Shown here piece after piece: positions 11,631 through 24,901 of a DNA stretch of 64,000 nt. A program made the position numbers and the translations under genes. How positions within the stretch are numbered: position 1 is the stretch's first letter; each line of letters opens with the position of its first letter. A model generated the notes under the pieces. The model was given only the letters and a program-made list of their open reading frames with translations, had not been told where the DNA came from and did not search any database. This DNA is from Selaginella moellendorffii (Eukaryota; Plantae; Lycopodiophyta): assembly GCF_000143415.4 (NCBI RefSeq), contig NW_003314317.1, forward strand, positions 310,001 to 374,000, read 5' to 3'.

Positions 11631-14029
11631 GTGATCACCAGCGGTGACCCAGCATCAAGTGTTCCCGAGTATGATGCACCTGTACTCGAAGAGGATGACG
11701 AGCATGACTTGCAAGGAACTCCAGATGTAGCTAATCTTCTCTTGCAGCCGGTTGCTCCAATCGAGCTGGAGGATTCGTCCTCGCCAGCACCACCCTTGCA
11801 GCTCGAGGCAGTTCTCGCTAGCAGTCACGCGGCAGCGTCAAGTGTTCCCGAGTATGATCTACCACCATTACCTGTACAAACCCATGATTTGCAAGAGGTA
11901 ACTCAGAGAGCTTAGATGGTTTGCCTGGAACCGCACCAACCTTCTCTTGCAGCTAGAGGCGGTCATGGTTGGCACTGTGGATTCAGTTCGGTATACTTCT
12001 CTTTGTGGCAAGACACTTGCAATCGACGACGACAACGACGACAACGACGACAACCTGAGCTGGGAGGATATCCAGAGCTTCTCTCGGACCTGGACATTCC
12101 CGTCGGTGCAGCCACCGTCCAGAGCCGAATTGCATCTGGAGGTGGAGGAACTTAAGAAGCTAGTTGGAGAGTGGACTTGGAAGCTACCGACCACTCTTCA
12201 GTCGATAAAAGAAGAAATGTGGAGTAGGCTTTTGAACGCGGGCTTGGAGGACGTCCCAGGAATTATGGGAAGAACTCAAAAACTTCCTGGGGTGGCATCG
12301 ATTCCCAGTTATCAGTTCCCGACGGATGCTTCTGGAGGCAGCGCCAGGTCCTCCTATCTTCGTCTCCAACGAGAATGGATCTTCTCTGTTCCGCTGGGTG
12401 GATCGCTGCATAGCTCCACTGTGCGCACAACAAGATGGAGAAGAACAAGCTTCAGTCTTTTGGCAGAGGTTGAGAGGCGATGGCACCAGCAGCGTGAGAA
12501 AGCACAGGAGGCCTCCAGACAAGAATAGTGAAGGACAAGAACCTTCTGGCAGCAATGGCCGAGGAGTCATCCTACAAGGTATGTCTCTGTTGACAGGAAT
12601 TAGATATGTATTCGTACTAAGATCTACACTGAACAGGTGCTAAAGCGTCATGCAGCAGCAGGATCTCGAAAGTTGTTGAGGCAAGCTGATGTTTCATCGA
12701 CACCAGCTTCAGTCTTTTGGCGGAGCTTGCAAGGTGATGGTGTGGGAATGCACAGGAGGCTTCCATACAAGAATAGTGAAGAACTTGCAGCAGCAATGGC
12801 CGACAAGTCATCCTACAAGGTATGCCTCTGCTGACAGGAAGCAGATATATTCGTACTATATGCTGGATGGACATTGAACAGGTGCTAAAGTCCCATGCAG
12901 CCACAGGATTTCCATCTCAGAAGTTACTGGCTGGCGGCACTGGTGACACTAAGGAGGCTAGCAGCAATGCTTCACCACCACCAGCATCGCCACCACCTTT
13001 TATGTGGTGGTGGTTCCCTCGAAGCTTGGGCGAGGATGGTGGGAAGGCCAAGAGGATCAACACCGAAACGTTTCAAGAAGCTGAAGAGACTTCATTATCG
13101 ATCTCTCAGAGTTTAGTGTATGACGTCGGGGTGAGCAGCGGCAGTGCCAGTGATTTCATTGAGTTATTTGAAGGAGAAGGCATTAGCAGCAGTGATGCCT
13201 TCCTGAACTCGCTGTTGGAAGGCGAAGGTGGCAGCAGCAGCAGCAATGCGTATCTTCAGCTGGCTTCCTCCAATGGTCTCAACTTGCAAGCGACGGCTGT
13301 GGCGGCAACTCCGCTGCTTCTTCCAATCCTTGCCGGGCTGCTGGTTGCGCTGCTCCTCCTCTTCTTTCTCTACTTCCTCTTGGGGTGGGGGAGGAGGAAG
13401 AGAGGGCTCCTGCCTCACTGAGTTCCAGCTTTCGATGCAAATGCATCAGGATGTGCAGTGGACGGGATCAAGTTGTCGCAGGCATGGCTAGGTACTTGGA
13501 TCAAAACTTGAAGCCGGTGGCTTAACACTCCGTGACCCCCATCGGGAGTGATAAAACTTTGGTGGCAGGTTTTCATCGGCTGGAGAGAAGGTGGCTCTAG
13601 CGTCATCAAGGCAAGAAGTGAGCGGAGATATCTTACAAAACAGAGGTTGCTGGTGGTTCTGGAGCTTTGTCTGGTCATACACAACTTTCTATACCAATTG
13701 ATGGTGTAAGTGCAAGCTAGGAAGAAAGATCATATACTGAGTGTTTGTAGAATTTAAACATTGCTGATTCAGAAAAACAGTTTTTTGTTTTCTTCGAGGC
13801 TTGGTGGGAAGCAAAAAAAGTTGCATGACTAGAAGTAACACTTGGATGGCAAGATGAGTTACTACCCTATGTGAGAGGTAAATGGAAGAAAGCACAGTTA
13901 CATTGCTTGTGAAAGGATTCGTGCAAAGCCTTCTCTTGTGCGTCTCTTCCTGTCTCCAGTCTTTGCTCACTTGGTTATGGCCTGAAAGATGAACGAAAAA
14001 AAGAATAGCTCTTAACCAGTGAGCGAGAT

Positions 14030-17000
14030 TTCATAGATGGTAGTGCAAGTGTTAACATTATTAAATGCTCAGTATACAAAATGATGGGACTTGGACCAAT
14101 TTAATTAGTATCCTTTAAAGTCAAAATGACTAATGACAAAAGTGTGTAACCATTTGGAACCATCCACAACATCCTAATCAAGATCAACAATCAAAAGTTC
14201 AAAGTGACTTTCATCATATTCAAGATGGATAAAGAATATCGTTCTTATGAAGTATTTCTTGGATGAACTTAGCTCAAGATAGTTAATGTTGTCATATACT
14301 GGCAGAAGAGCATAATTGCCTTTGGAAAGCATCAAAAACCCCCTTGAATCTCCATAAGTACAACAAAGAAAATTCCAAAGAAATTCTGACCAAATATTAT
14401 TCAACACTACAATTGGAATGAATGCCTTAACAACTATGAAGAAGTATAAATTATAAAGGCAGACCTAGAATTAAAGTCCCTTGTCGAAGTTGATCTCAAT
14501 TGAGTTATTCCAAAGCCTAATTCAATTTGCTCAACGAAACTTGAAACTCAAGAAACTCAACTTAAGGAAAACTCCTAACTTAAGAAAATTCAACACTTAA
14601 GATTACATCAACAGAGATCAAGAAATAGTATGACCAACTAGGAATTAAACCTGAGCATCTCTAACTAATTTAGCAATAAATCAACCTCAAGGAAGAACTA
14701 CAAAAAGGCTCTTAACTCAAACTAATTCTCAATCTTGAAGAACCAACTAAAGAAATCAGCTCAAGAACCAAAGATGAACCATGGAAGTTTCATATCACTA
14801 GAGATCTAGATCACATCTTTAGAGATAGAGCAATTGACATTTTAAAGAAGTATAAAGATATTTTTGCTTGGTCTTACATAAATTTGAGAAGAATCTCTCC
14901 CGAGATCTGTATACATCAAATTGAACTTCTTCTTCAGACTGTACTACGGAAACAATCAACATACCAAATGAACCTCAACATGCAATTGAAAGTCAAAGAA
15001 ACACTTGATAAACTCAAGCAAGTCGGTTTCATTTACCCAATCCAAAATCTAGAATAGTTATTACCACTAGTCATTGTTTTTAAGAAGAACAATAAACTCA
15101 TGATCCATCTTAACTACAAAAAGCTCAATAACACCATATGGAAAAACACATTCTCAATTCCCTTTTCTAATGAGATTTTTGACACAATTGTGAGATACAA
15201 AATATACTCATTCCTTGACAGTTTCTAAGGATACAATTAAGTTTATATTGCACCTAAAGATTTGTACAAGATAGCTTTCATTAGTCTATAAGGCACTTAT
15301 ATGTATATCTATATATGCCATTTGATTTTTTTAACACACCATTTACTTTCCAAAGAATTATCATTGACACTTTTAGAGAATACCTTACCAGATTCATGTG
15401 AGTTTGCATAGATAACTTCAGTGCTTTCAACAGCAAAGAACACCATCTTTACTATCTTGAGAAAGGCTTTATCAGATATCATTGCCTTGAATCTTGAGAA
15501 ATGCAATTTCTTCCCTGAAGTCTGGAGTTCTACTTCGATGTGTCATTTGCAAAGAAAGCATCCTCATTAACAAAGACAAGACTTTCATTATCACCAATAT
15601 GCAACATCCAACAAATATCGCCAAACTTTGAACTTTCCTTGGCAAAATAAGATACCATCGACAATTCATCAAAATTATACAAAGATCACTAAACCACTCA
15701 CCCAGCTCTTCAAGAAGAATCAAGTCTATAAATGGACTCAAAAATGTTAAAAACCTTTCAACACAATTAAGAATTCATTAACAAAAACTTTAATATTTGT
15801 TTAACAAAATTGGAGCAAAGATTTCAACATTCAAGTCGACACCTCCAACTATGCAATTAGAGTGATTCTTTCACGATAATAAAAAAATTACAAAATTAAC
15901 CAATCTACTACACAAGTCAAAGACTCAATTCAACTTAGATGAACTACACCACCACAGAAAAAGAAGTTCTTGGAATGGTTTACACACTCTAGAAATTTTG
16001 ACATTACCTTCTCGGCAACAAAGTAAAAATCATGATCGACTATAAAACACTTCTATACCTTTTTAACAAAACCATCCTCAACACCAAAATTGCCTAATAG
16101 TTCTTACTCCTTCAAGAATATAACTTCAAGATCATTTATAAGCCCAACAAATAACACAAACAAGCTGACCACTTTAGCCATATTATGATAGGTGAACAAC
16201 CAAAGTATAACGAGGATAACTTCCCCAACTCCAACATCTTGTAAATCCATACTTCATCAACCTAGATACAAGACATCTACCACTACCTAACAACAATGAA
16301 AATACCAAACTAATACATTACTTCTGACCAACACAAGCAATTCATTTTAAAGATAAGACCATATTCAGTCATGAGAGGAAGACTATACAAGAAAAGATGA
16401 GACAATGTATTATGAAGATGTGTACAACCTAAAGAAACTCAAGATTTACTTGAAGAAGCTCATTGTAGATAAGCAAGAAGACACTTTGCAAAAGAAATCA
16501 CAACTCAAAAAATTTTCCAAGCTAAACTTTAGCGGCCAACACTCTAAAATGATTCAGCAAAATTTTGTTATGAATATAACATTTATTCAAGAACCAAGCA
16601 TGTGCCAAAAATGTAGAATCAAGGACTTCATCCAACAACTTCTCTCAAACCACTTTAGCAATTTTGTAGAACCACTTACAACAAGTTCAAAATGAAACAA
16701 ATATATCCTCATAACTACTAATTACATAACAAAGTGGGTTGAAGCTCAATTAATAAATGCTGCAATAGGGAAAAACACAGTAAAGGTCATCTATAAAAAC
16801 ATCATCACAAGGAACAGTTTACCTCAAGAATTTGTTATAAATCGAGAAACACACTTCATTAACAAGACCACCAATATTTTAACTCAAGAATTCACAATCA
16901 AGCATAAGGCTTTAACACTATACTATCCTCAAGGAAATGGTCAAACCTACAAACAAGACCCTACAAAATATATTCAAAAGGGATCATGAAGATAAATAAA

Positions 17001-17400
17001 AAAGACTGGGACAATCGTATCCACAATGCCCTTATCAAACTATTTATAAGCTTTTAACAAATTTGACATCATTTAAGCTTGCTTACAGCTTGACACCACT
17101 TAAGTACATCATTCTTTCATTGCGAATGGCAATACTCTATGTGATCAACCAAGAAGAATCAGTGACCAATGATAGAAAAGCTTAACAAAAAACAACTATA
17201 AGCAATTTGGACACTTAAAACCATTCAAGCTAAAAGAAAAGCTAACCATGACAAAAAAAGACAACTCAAGAAAAGTGAAGAATTCAAGGTTAGAGATCAA
17301 GTTTTATAATTTCAAGGAAATATAGAGAAAATCAACTCAAAGATACAATCAAGATGGGAAGGACAACATTTAAACCCTATGGATTTTTTCTAAAATTGTT
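14030..17400 (+). mobile_element. Highly decayed Ty3/gypsy (non-chromovirus type) pol remnant; LTRs not identified, boundaries approximate
   Basis: Stop-riddled motifs in gypsy order: FAWSY..ISPEICIHQI (~14865), YSFLDSF*GYN*VYIAPKD (~15205), VDTSNYAI (~15835), NYTTTEKEVLGMV (~15942), YITKWVEA (~16725), YYPQGNGQ (~16921). Confidence 0.85.
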
Positions 17401-18859
17401 TTCTTTAATTACTTATAACTTCCCACTGGTGAAGAGTGATTGACATTAATTCCATGCATGAAGGAAATCCACTAAAGTGTATCAAGGTACTTGAGAACTA
17501 CAATAGTGGATTTTTTTTTACAAATGAGCAATGTGATTGACGAAGCTAAGCTGCAATTCAAGTTTTTGATCTCCACACTAGAGATGTGTAAGTCCACAAC
17601 TTTTGCCAGTAAAGCAATTATGATTCTCTATGATGACTTGTAATACAAGACACATTGCAAACTACCTCTATGACAAGCTTATCAAGGAACTTCATATCAC
17701 AATGACAATGATCCAAGATAGCCTCAAATGCAAAACCTCATCCCTACATTGCAGCACTCATTCTAAAGCTCAACACCACCATTTTACTACAAATCAAAGA
17801 GACAACAACAAATAATAGCAATAAAAGATTGAGGAAAGCCACAAACATAGAGACATTATAAACACGAAGAAAAGGGGAATGTGCTTAAAAAATATGAGAC
17901 AATTTCCCATTAACAGTAAATTATCATTAGGATCCGTCCCCACAAAATAAAGAAAATCATCCTTAAAGCAATATTGAAAATGTAAATACTTATATAACAA
18001 GTCATCAATAAATAATGCAAAATTCTCAAACTTATTATAAAGCCTTTAGCCTCACTAGGACTCAATAAATTTGTCACATTAGGCTTGGCTTTGGGGTGAC
18101 CTTTGAAGTGTTGAGGTAAGTCATATATAACATGTTTATAGTGTGAGTATACACTTTCATATAACCTAGTAGAAAGCATCACATGATTGGGGAGAAATCT
18201 AGATAACTACACTCCCTTCCAACTTCTTTATGCATTAATGCTGTGCATCCAATTTAGCTCAGGCAACTAGCATTGAAGGCCTAAATTCCACTTTGCAGCT
18301 CCAACCAGCTCTTGGAGCTCAAGGAGACTAGAGAGCATGCAGCCCTGCACAATTGACTATACCAGCAATAACTCATTTGTCAGCAAAGGAAGACACATGG
18401 GTCAACTTTTCAGACAGGGATCTCATCTGGCTTTAAAATATCTGAACCCATCAACCAAAGCTAGAACCAGCTTGGAGCGGCCCATTTCAGGTGAAAAGCA
18501 TCACTGGTGCAAAGTTTATTTTACGTTCAAGTGATAGATGAATCCCTTCAACAGGGTTCATCTTCAATGCTATTACATATAACAGCAGCAACATACACAT
18601 AGAGGTTATCTAGTTCTTCATTTTTGCTTCACCACGCAGCCCCATCATGAAAAGTCTCAAAAAAAGCTCATGCATCTATGAGTTTTATTCATATCAAAAC
18701 ACTTCTAACAAGTCCCCTCTTCTTCCTAATGGGTGGAGTAGCGTATTGCTCTAACGTGCCTTTTTTCACAACATTCAGAGTGCGGATATATGGGGATATT
18801 CCCTCGAGATGCATATGTGGATGAGCTCCGGATACTTCTCTTCTATGTCCAGCTTGGCC

Positions 18860-20400
18860 ACCGTCAGCAATCTCCAACTTCAAACTCGTACAGCTGCTGC
18901 TCAGCCACATCTTACAGTGAGGCAAAACTATCGCCATGTGTTGTGCTTGAAGCAAGCAAAGGCACTTCCGAGCATGCAGTAACGCAATGAAACCGAACCC
19001 AGAAAATCCAGCCGGCATGCTGTTTGGTAGAGCGTTACTTTCCTGGTCCCAATCGCCGACCACTCGATAACCGGGCATATGTTGTAGTTGCATGATCGAG
19101 GAGCTTGCCTCGCTCGGCAGAAGAAGACGCAGCATCCAGGTATAATTCGGCCAGGAAAAACCCCAGTGCCTGGTACACATTTCCAGCTCGAGAAGAAGCT
19201 CGCTTTGCTCCTTTCAGTCTATACCACTGCTGGAAACGCGCTCGAGAATACCGTATCCAACGTGATATAGTCCACTGTCTTGCATAAACTGCGTCACCTC
19301 ACTAGCTGAGACCGAGCTCTCAGAAGCCGGATATGCCAAGCAGCCGTCTACGCAGGGCGCGATACCTGAAGCCTCGGGATCGACTTCGACCTCTAAACGC
19401 GAGCTGTCGATGATGAAAGGTTGTGTCAAGCTCTTGGGACAATCGGCCACCGCCTCCTCGCCTTTGATCAGGATCCGTAGCCGAGTGCTTCGACGTTCGT
19501 GTGCATGGCTGTCTTCGACTTCTGAGAAGAAGATCATCTGTCAGCTTGGCAGAAGTCTCGCTGCTGCTCCATCGGGACCTTGCACCGAGAAGAGAACGCG
19601 AGAATTGGCAAGATAGCAGCCGCTCTTCTCTTTGAGCTCCTCACTCTTCAAAACCTTCCATTCCTGCCTGTTTTGCAGTGACTCCAGAGTAGCCTTGATA
19701 AGGAAAAGCCAAGACGGCTCCTCAAGTACTGCTTCCTCTTTTCCTCTTGGTTGTATCCGGGACAACGTCGAGCTTCCTCTTCCGCTGAAACGAAAGGTTG
19801 GGATGTGCCGGTTCCAAACTGTCCATCCCCGAAATGCCGGTGCCATGGTGCTTGCCTTCAATAACTCTCTTGGTATGAAGCGCGCGAGTGTGCGAAGGAT
19901 GGAAACGTTTCACGACTGAGATGCAGCCTGTCTCGTCTCCAATGGCGATCAAAACTTCGACAAGTTTCTCCATGCGCCTTGCAACTCCCTGATAGGAAGA
20001 ACACCATATATTCTTACAGTGTTGCAGAAAAAAGCCATCGCAAGTAAGAACTCAAAGAAGAAATTTCGAAAGCAAAGCTTTCACCAAGTGTTTGAAGTCA
20101 CCTGTGATTTGATTGACAAAGGATCGCCTGGAAGGTAAATTTCTAGGGTTTCTCGATGGCGGAGTTTTTGGCGCTTCGATGCCACGCGTGCAAAATGTTC
20201 CAGGTACTTGAGAATCTTTTCTTGAGTTTTTGATCGAGCTAGCCACGCGTTTGCAGGTGAAGCCACGGAAGAAATCCAGCAACAAATGGTGTTGTAGCGT
20301 TTGCAATGAGGTCCCCGCTTTGTAGAGCTTCGGGAGATGAGACTCCTGCGCAGAGAGAAAGCCGATTCTCTGCGTGACACCTGTATGCGATCTATCAACG
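18860..20400 (-). pseudogene. CABIN1: CABIN1 fragment, older paralog of 2470-4070
   Basis: MEKLVEVLIAIGDETGCISV..HPSHTRALHTKRVIE..GMDSLEPAHPNLSFQRKRK matches the recalled plant CABIN1 N-terminal signature; also AQESHLPKLYKAG, FLAELYLDAASSS, FWVRFH. Confidence 0.8.
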
Positions 20401-20684
20401 AGAGTAGAAGCCGATTGGAGCCTTCGCCCCCACAAAAGAAGTGCAGGTTAGAAGCGTCGTCGCTCTACGGGAGCTCCCAAAAACCCTAATTCATTGAAGA
20501 GAGACCAAGGGGAAAGAAATGTATCGCATCGCAGGCGTTTCCCGCATGATCCGGAAGCGGCAGCGCCGAGAGTCTCCGCCAAAGCTCTTTTCTTCCCGAG
20601 CGCACTTGCCCATGGGCACGCACTTGCCACGGGCACGCACTTGCCCACGGCGGCAACTGCTGGCAAAGAGATTTCAAAGAAGCG

Positions 20685-21709
20685 AATGGAAGACGAGAAG
20701 ACGTGGGTGTGGAACTGCGTCATCAGAGACTACGGCATGCTTGGCCGAGTCGAGTGCACTCGAGAGGCATTTCTGCAGTGTCCAGCTAGGAACTTCCTGA
20801 GCTGGAAGCTCCTTGCGGACGCATATGCCCACAAGGGGCATTACTGGAAAGTACTAGAGATTGAAGACAAGATCCCGGCTGTGATGTATCAGCTTGCTCC
20901 GCCTCCTCCTTCTTCAGCATCCATCTTTGATGCTGTTTCTCTGTACCAGAAAGGCAAGAGGTGGGCAGCATGGGAACTTCTTCAATGAGGAAAATGGAAG
21001 GAAGCTTCTTTTTTTGGCATTGGGCAAATACAAGACAGTTTCTATGCTTCTTGTGTTCACTTCCCTCTTGACTTATGGCAATGTCCAGCTTTTCAAGCTA
21101 ATTCGGACCATGATAGAAGGATCTTCACTGACTGAAGAAAGCCTCATCCATCTAGCATGCTGCCAGGGCACTTGAGGTGTTTCAGGCGTTCCAGTGGAAG
21201 CTACGCGAGCTGCGAAGGAACTAGCCACTGAGGGCGTTCCAGTGGAAGCTCCGCGAGCTGCGAAGGAACCAGTCACTTAGGGCGTCGCAGTCACTCAGGG
21301 TGTTCCAATGGAACCAGCCACTCAGGGCGGTCCAATGGAAGCGCGAGCTGCGCGTGAGCGTCTCGAGGCTTTGTACATCAAGGCCTCATTCTGTGTGTTT
21401 GGCGAGGATATGCGGCTAAAGCTGAAGGCTCTGAAGACGCTCAGAGCAATGCGAATTGCTGGGGCTCACTGTGGGGACTTACTGCTGGAACAAGGAAATA
21501 GCCCAGCAGATAACTACGCAAAGACACTGGCAATCCATGCCATATTAGAGGCGGAGCAGCTGATGGCTCTTGGTAACGTGCCTAAAGAGTGCCGGCCATT
21601 CGTGAACGCTCTCAAGAGTGTCCTTGCAAAGCTGAGAGACGACGGTGTCACGCTACGACCCGGGGCTTGTGAATGTACAGTTTTTTACCAAGAGACGACA
21701 ACGTTATAG
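20685..21709 (+). pseudogene. Disrupted copy of the PPR-like orphan at 75-1130
   Basis: A short deletion creates a stop at 20986-20988; further deletion and stops near 21170-21280. Confidence 0.75.
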
Positions 21710-22499
21710 TAGGATTTTAACTCTTCTATGATGCTATGATGGCTGAGCATGGTGTCAGTGCCTCTAGCCTACGTTGTAAGTTTTGCGAAACAGGCAGCGC
21801 TGACACCAGCTCAGGTGCATGCGTGGTTATTATCGTCTGGACAAGTCTAGCTTTGGGCCGGTCTCACTGTGCCTCTCCAGTTCCCGGCACGGCACTCGTA
21901 TGGCATCAATGAGCTCGCGTTTCTGACCGGAACATGTCCTGAGAGATATCAATGTTTTGGTTACGAAAGCTGGGCTGCCACTGCCGGAGGAGAGCTTCAG
22001 CGCGGTCACTCCGGAGGGACTTGCCAGCGTTGAAGGGGCCTTACCTGGAAATGCGTTGCTCAGGGCTGGAGTGATCGGGCTCTCTGTTCAAGGCAGTCCT
22101 TGAGATTTGGAAACATCTTTTGGCGTCCTCCAGGAGTTGTGTCGTCGAGCTTCGAACATACGGTGTTCGTGGCATCTTCACCTCCTCGAGCTCGATATCT
22201 AGATGAGGGGCAGCCGTGCGTGGAAGTCCTCAGCGCTGGGAACTCCAAGGAGGCATGAGCGTGGCGGAAGTGGAACGGATCTAGCACGATTGGTGTGTGC
22301 AGGGAGCACTCTTTTTCCTTTTCTCTGTTTTGTTCCGGTGCTCCTTACTATAATATATCTAACGCTTGAAACTAACCAAAACCAAACTAGACCTCAGACC
22401 TCACCATAACCGCTAGACCTCTCCACGTGGACAAGTTTGCAACCAAAGTTCTAGACATGGAGGGAGCTAGAATGCCAAGTTCGTCACAATTGCGCTGCC

Positions 22500-23015
22500 T
22501 ATCAACATCCTCAAATCGCCTGGGCTCGCACCTCCTCACCACGATCTTCTGCGCTGCTCCACGGTTCCCATGAAACATCCACACTCCCGCGACCGTATTC
22601 CTTGGTCCGCTCCACCAGCTGGTTATACACGTCGGGCTCGTAGCAGCTGTTCGCCGAGAAATCCATTTCCCATGGCCTCTCCCGCAGCATGCACACGGTG
22701 CTCGAAGCTCCCCAGCCGGACACTCCCGTGCAAACATCAGAGCAGTAGCAGCAGCAGCAGCAGGACTATTACAGTGGCTTCAAACCGCAGCATCACTTCC
22801 CTTCCCCGATGTGATTCATCTCCTGCGCATCCAAACAAATCCTGCTCCATACGCTCCAACTTTCCACGGACGAGCTCGGCCAAACTTGGGCATTTACATC
22901 AGCCGCTTGACGTCCCGCTTGACGTCTTCTTGCTTGAGAGCAGCGGCACACCCTGAAAGCTCCTGACTTTCCTCGGGGCTCCAAGTTCTCAGCTCCTCGT
23001 CGTCTCCGCTGCAAG
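22500..23015 (-). pseudogene. Decayed paralog of the 315-aa orphan family (copy B equivalent of 1941-2430)
   Basis: EMDFSANSCYEPDVYNQLVE block, frameshifted. Confidence 0.75.
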
Positions 23016-23039
23016 CGCTTCCTGGTGATAGCAAAGGAT

Positions 23040-24600
23040 CATCGTCGGGTTTCAGGAAAACTCCAGCGCAAGATGGCAAAGTTGGCAGGGCTCGATATAA
23101 GCATCCCGAGCGCTTTGAACTCGTGCGATTGCACAGCATCGGTGCACTTGCCCATTTCCAACAATATCCTTTTGTCCATCTTGATACTAAATCCTTTCTT
23201 TGATTGCCAACGAGCACACCAGTAGACCCAATGAAAGCAAGCCCAGAAAGTCCACCCGGCATCCCTTTCGATGCTGCTGCTTCTTAGAGCATTATTTTCC
23301 TGGTCCCAGTCAACTTCAGAGCCGACCACTCGAGAACCCGGCATATGTTGTAGGTGCAGTGATCGAGGAGCTTGCCTGGCTCGGAAGAAGAAGACGCAAC
23401 ATCGAAGTATAACTCGACCAGGCAGAGATTGGACCTGGAACTCCTGCCATTCCCAGTGCCTGGTATACTTATCCAGCTCGAGAAGAAGCTCGTGCTGGCC
23501 TGCTGGAAACCGACTCGAGAATACCGTGTCCAAGGTGATATAGTCCACTGTTGTTCTCGTAGTCTTTCATGAACTGCGTCACCTCTCCATAGTGGCGCAA
23601 GAGGCCGATCTCTCGGGACAATTTGCCACCGCCTCCTCAGTCTAATTCTTGAGTCATCCATCCGTTGTAGCTTTCGCATATCTCTTCACAAGATAACAAG
23701 CTGACAGTTAACCTGTGGTGGCTGCGACACTGTCTCTCTTGCGGAGAGCATGAACGTCGAAGCGCCATAGCCAAATATACATAATAAGCAGTACACCTGG
23801 ATCAGTGAGGTGGCGCTACTGCCACTTAAGATCATGTCATAGAGAGCATATATACTTTACGAGTTCTGCCTCCTCGTCCCAGTTCGACGCGTGAGCCCTC
23901 GTCTTGAGTGAAAAGGATTTCGCATTCGTTCTTCTCTTTGAGCTACTCGCTCTTCAAAACCTTCCCGTGTTGCCTGTTTTGCAGCGAGGAGAAGCCAAGA
24001 AGGCTAGCGTTAGCTGGACCGAATATTGCTTCCTTTCTTCCTCTTGGATGTATCCGGGACAACGTCGAGCTTCCTCTTTCGTTGAAACGAAAGGTTGGTA
24101 TGCGTCCATTCCAAACTCTGCAATGCCAGTGCCACGGTGCTTCTCTTCAATAACTCTCTTGTATGGAGAGCAAATTCTTACAGTGTCGTGGGCTGTGCTC
24201 AAACGCTTTGCGTGAGATATTGAGCTTTCCAAGTGAGCAGGTGGATTCCAAAGGACGACATCCTTCGATCCCCAAAGCCTTCCTCTGGCTATGTCAGAAA
24301 ACATGATCAAAGGCAAGCTTTTTTTTTCACTCACATTGCAACTTTCCGTCTTATGGTGAATTTGTTTGTTTCTTTGAAGTCACGAGTGTTCGAAGTTACC
24401 TGTGATTTGGATCTTGGATGATCACCTGGAAAAGACTCTGCGCATTTGCCAGATCCCACTTGACAGGGCATCTTTGTAGAGCTTCGGGCTCCAGCTCCAT
24501 TGAGCCATGATCTGCAGCAGGTATTGGCGCATTTCTCAAATGGTTGCTTCCGACGGCCCAGACGTAGTGATCATGTACCACAATAATTCTTGACGTCACA
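23040..24600 (-). pseudogene. CABIN1: CABIN1 fragment, copy B
   Basis: Near-identical to 2470-4070. Confidence 0.7.
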
Positions 24601-24901
24601 ATCCAAGCTCAATTCATCTAGCAACGTCGCTACCACAAGCACCTAGAAGATTATTGCAAATGACAGTCCCTCCCAAGCATGGAGGAACACACTACTTGTG
24701 TACTTCTTTACCTCAAGGCGAGAAATTTTATAGCTTCTAGCTTGGTGCATGGCGTGTGTTCGAAACTGCTCTTGACCAAAAATGCGCTCAACATCTTATA
24801 AATCTCTGTATCATGAATCATCGATCATCTCTCTCCACCGAAACTGATCCGGTAGAGCAAGTCCATCAGCATATAACTGGCGGCGGCTACTCCTCATGTG
24901 T

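Larger units (their letters stand above)
6705..13421 (+). pseudogene. Orphan membrane-anchored protein gene, copy A, interrupted by the copia element and frameshifted
   Basis: Colinear with the intact copy at 60210-62175; GT-AG introns; C-terminal TM segment PLLLPILAGLLVALLLLFFLYFLL followed by a basic tail. Confidence 0.7.
1..14027 (+). repeat. Segmental duplication copy A (~9.4 kb excluding the copia insertion), direct repeat of 20610-29573; left end runs off the window
   Basis: Near-identical, colinear sequence: ccatgggcacgcacttgcc at 1 and 20610; similarity ends at ttaaccagtgagcgag (14027 / 29573). Confidence 0.95.

Noticed and set aside
17400-18700. Possible gypsy 3' LTR or a second element
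   Set aside because: No matching second LTR, TSD or protein motif could be identified
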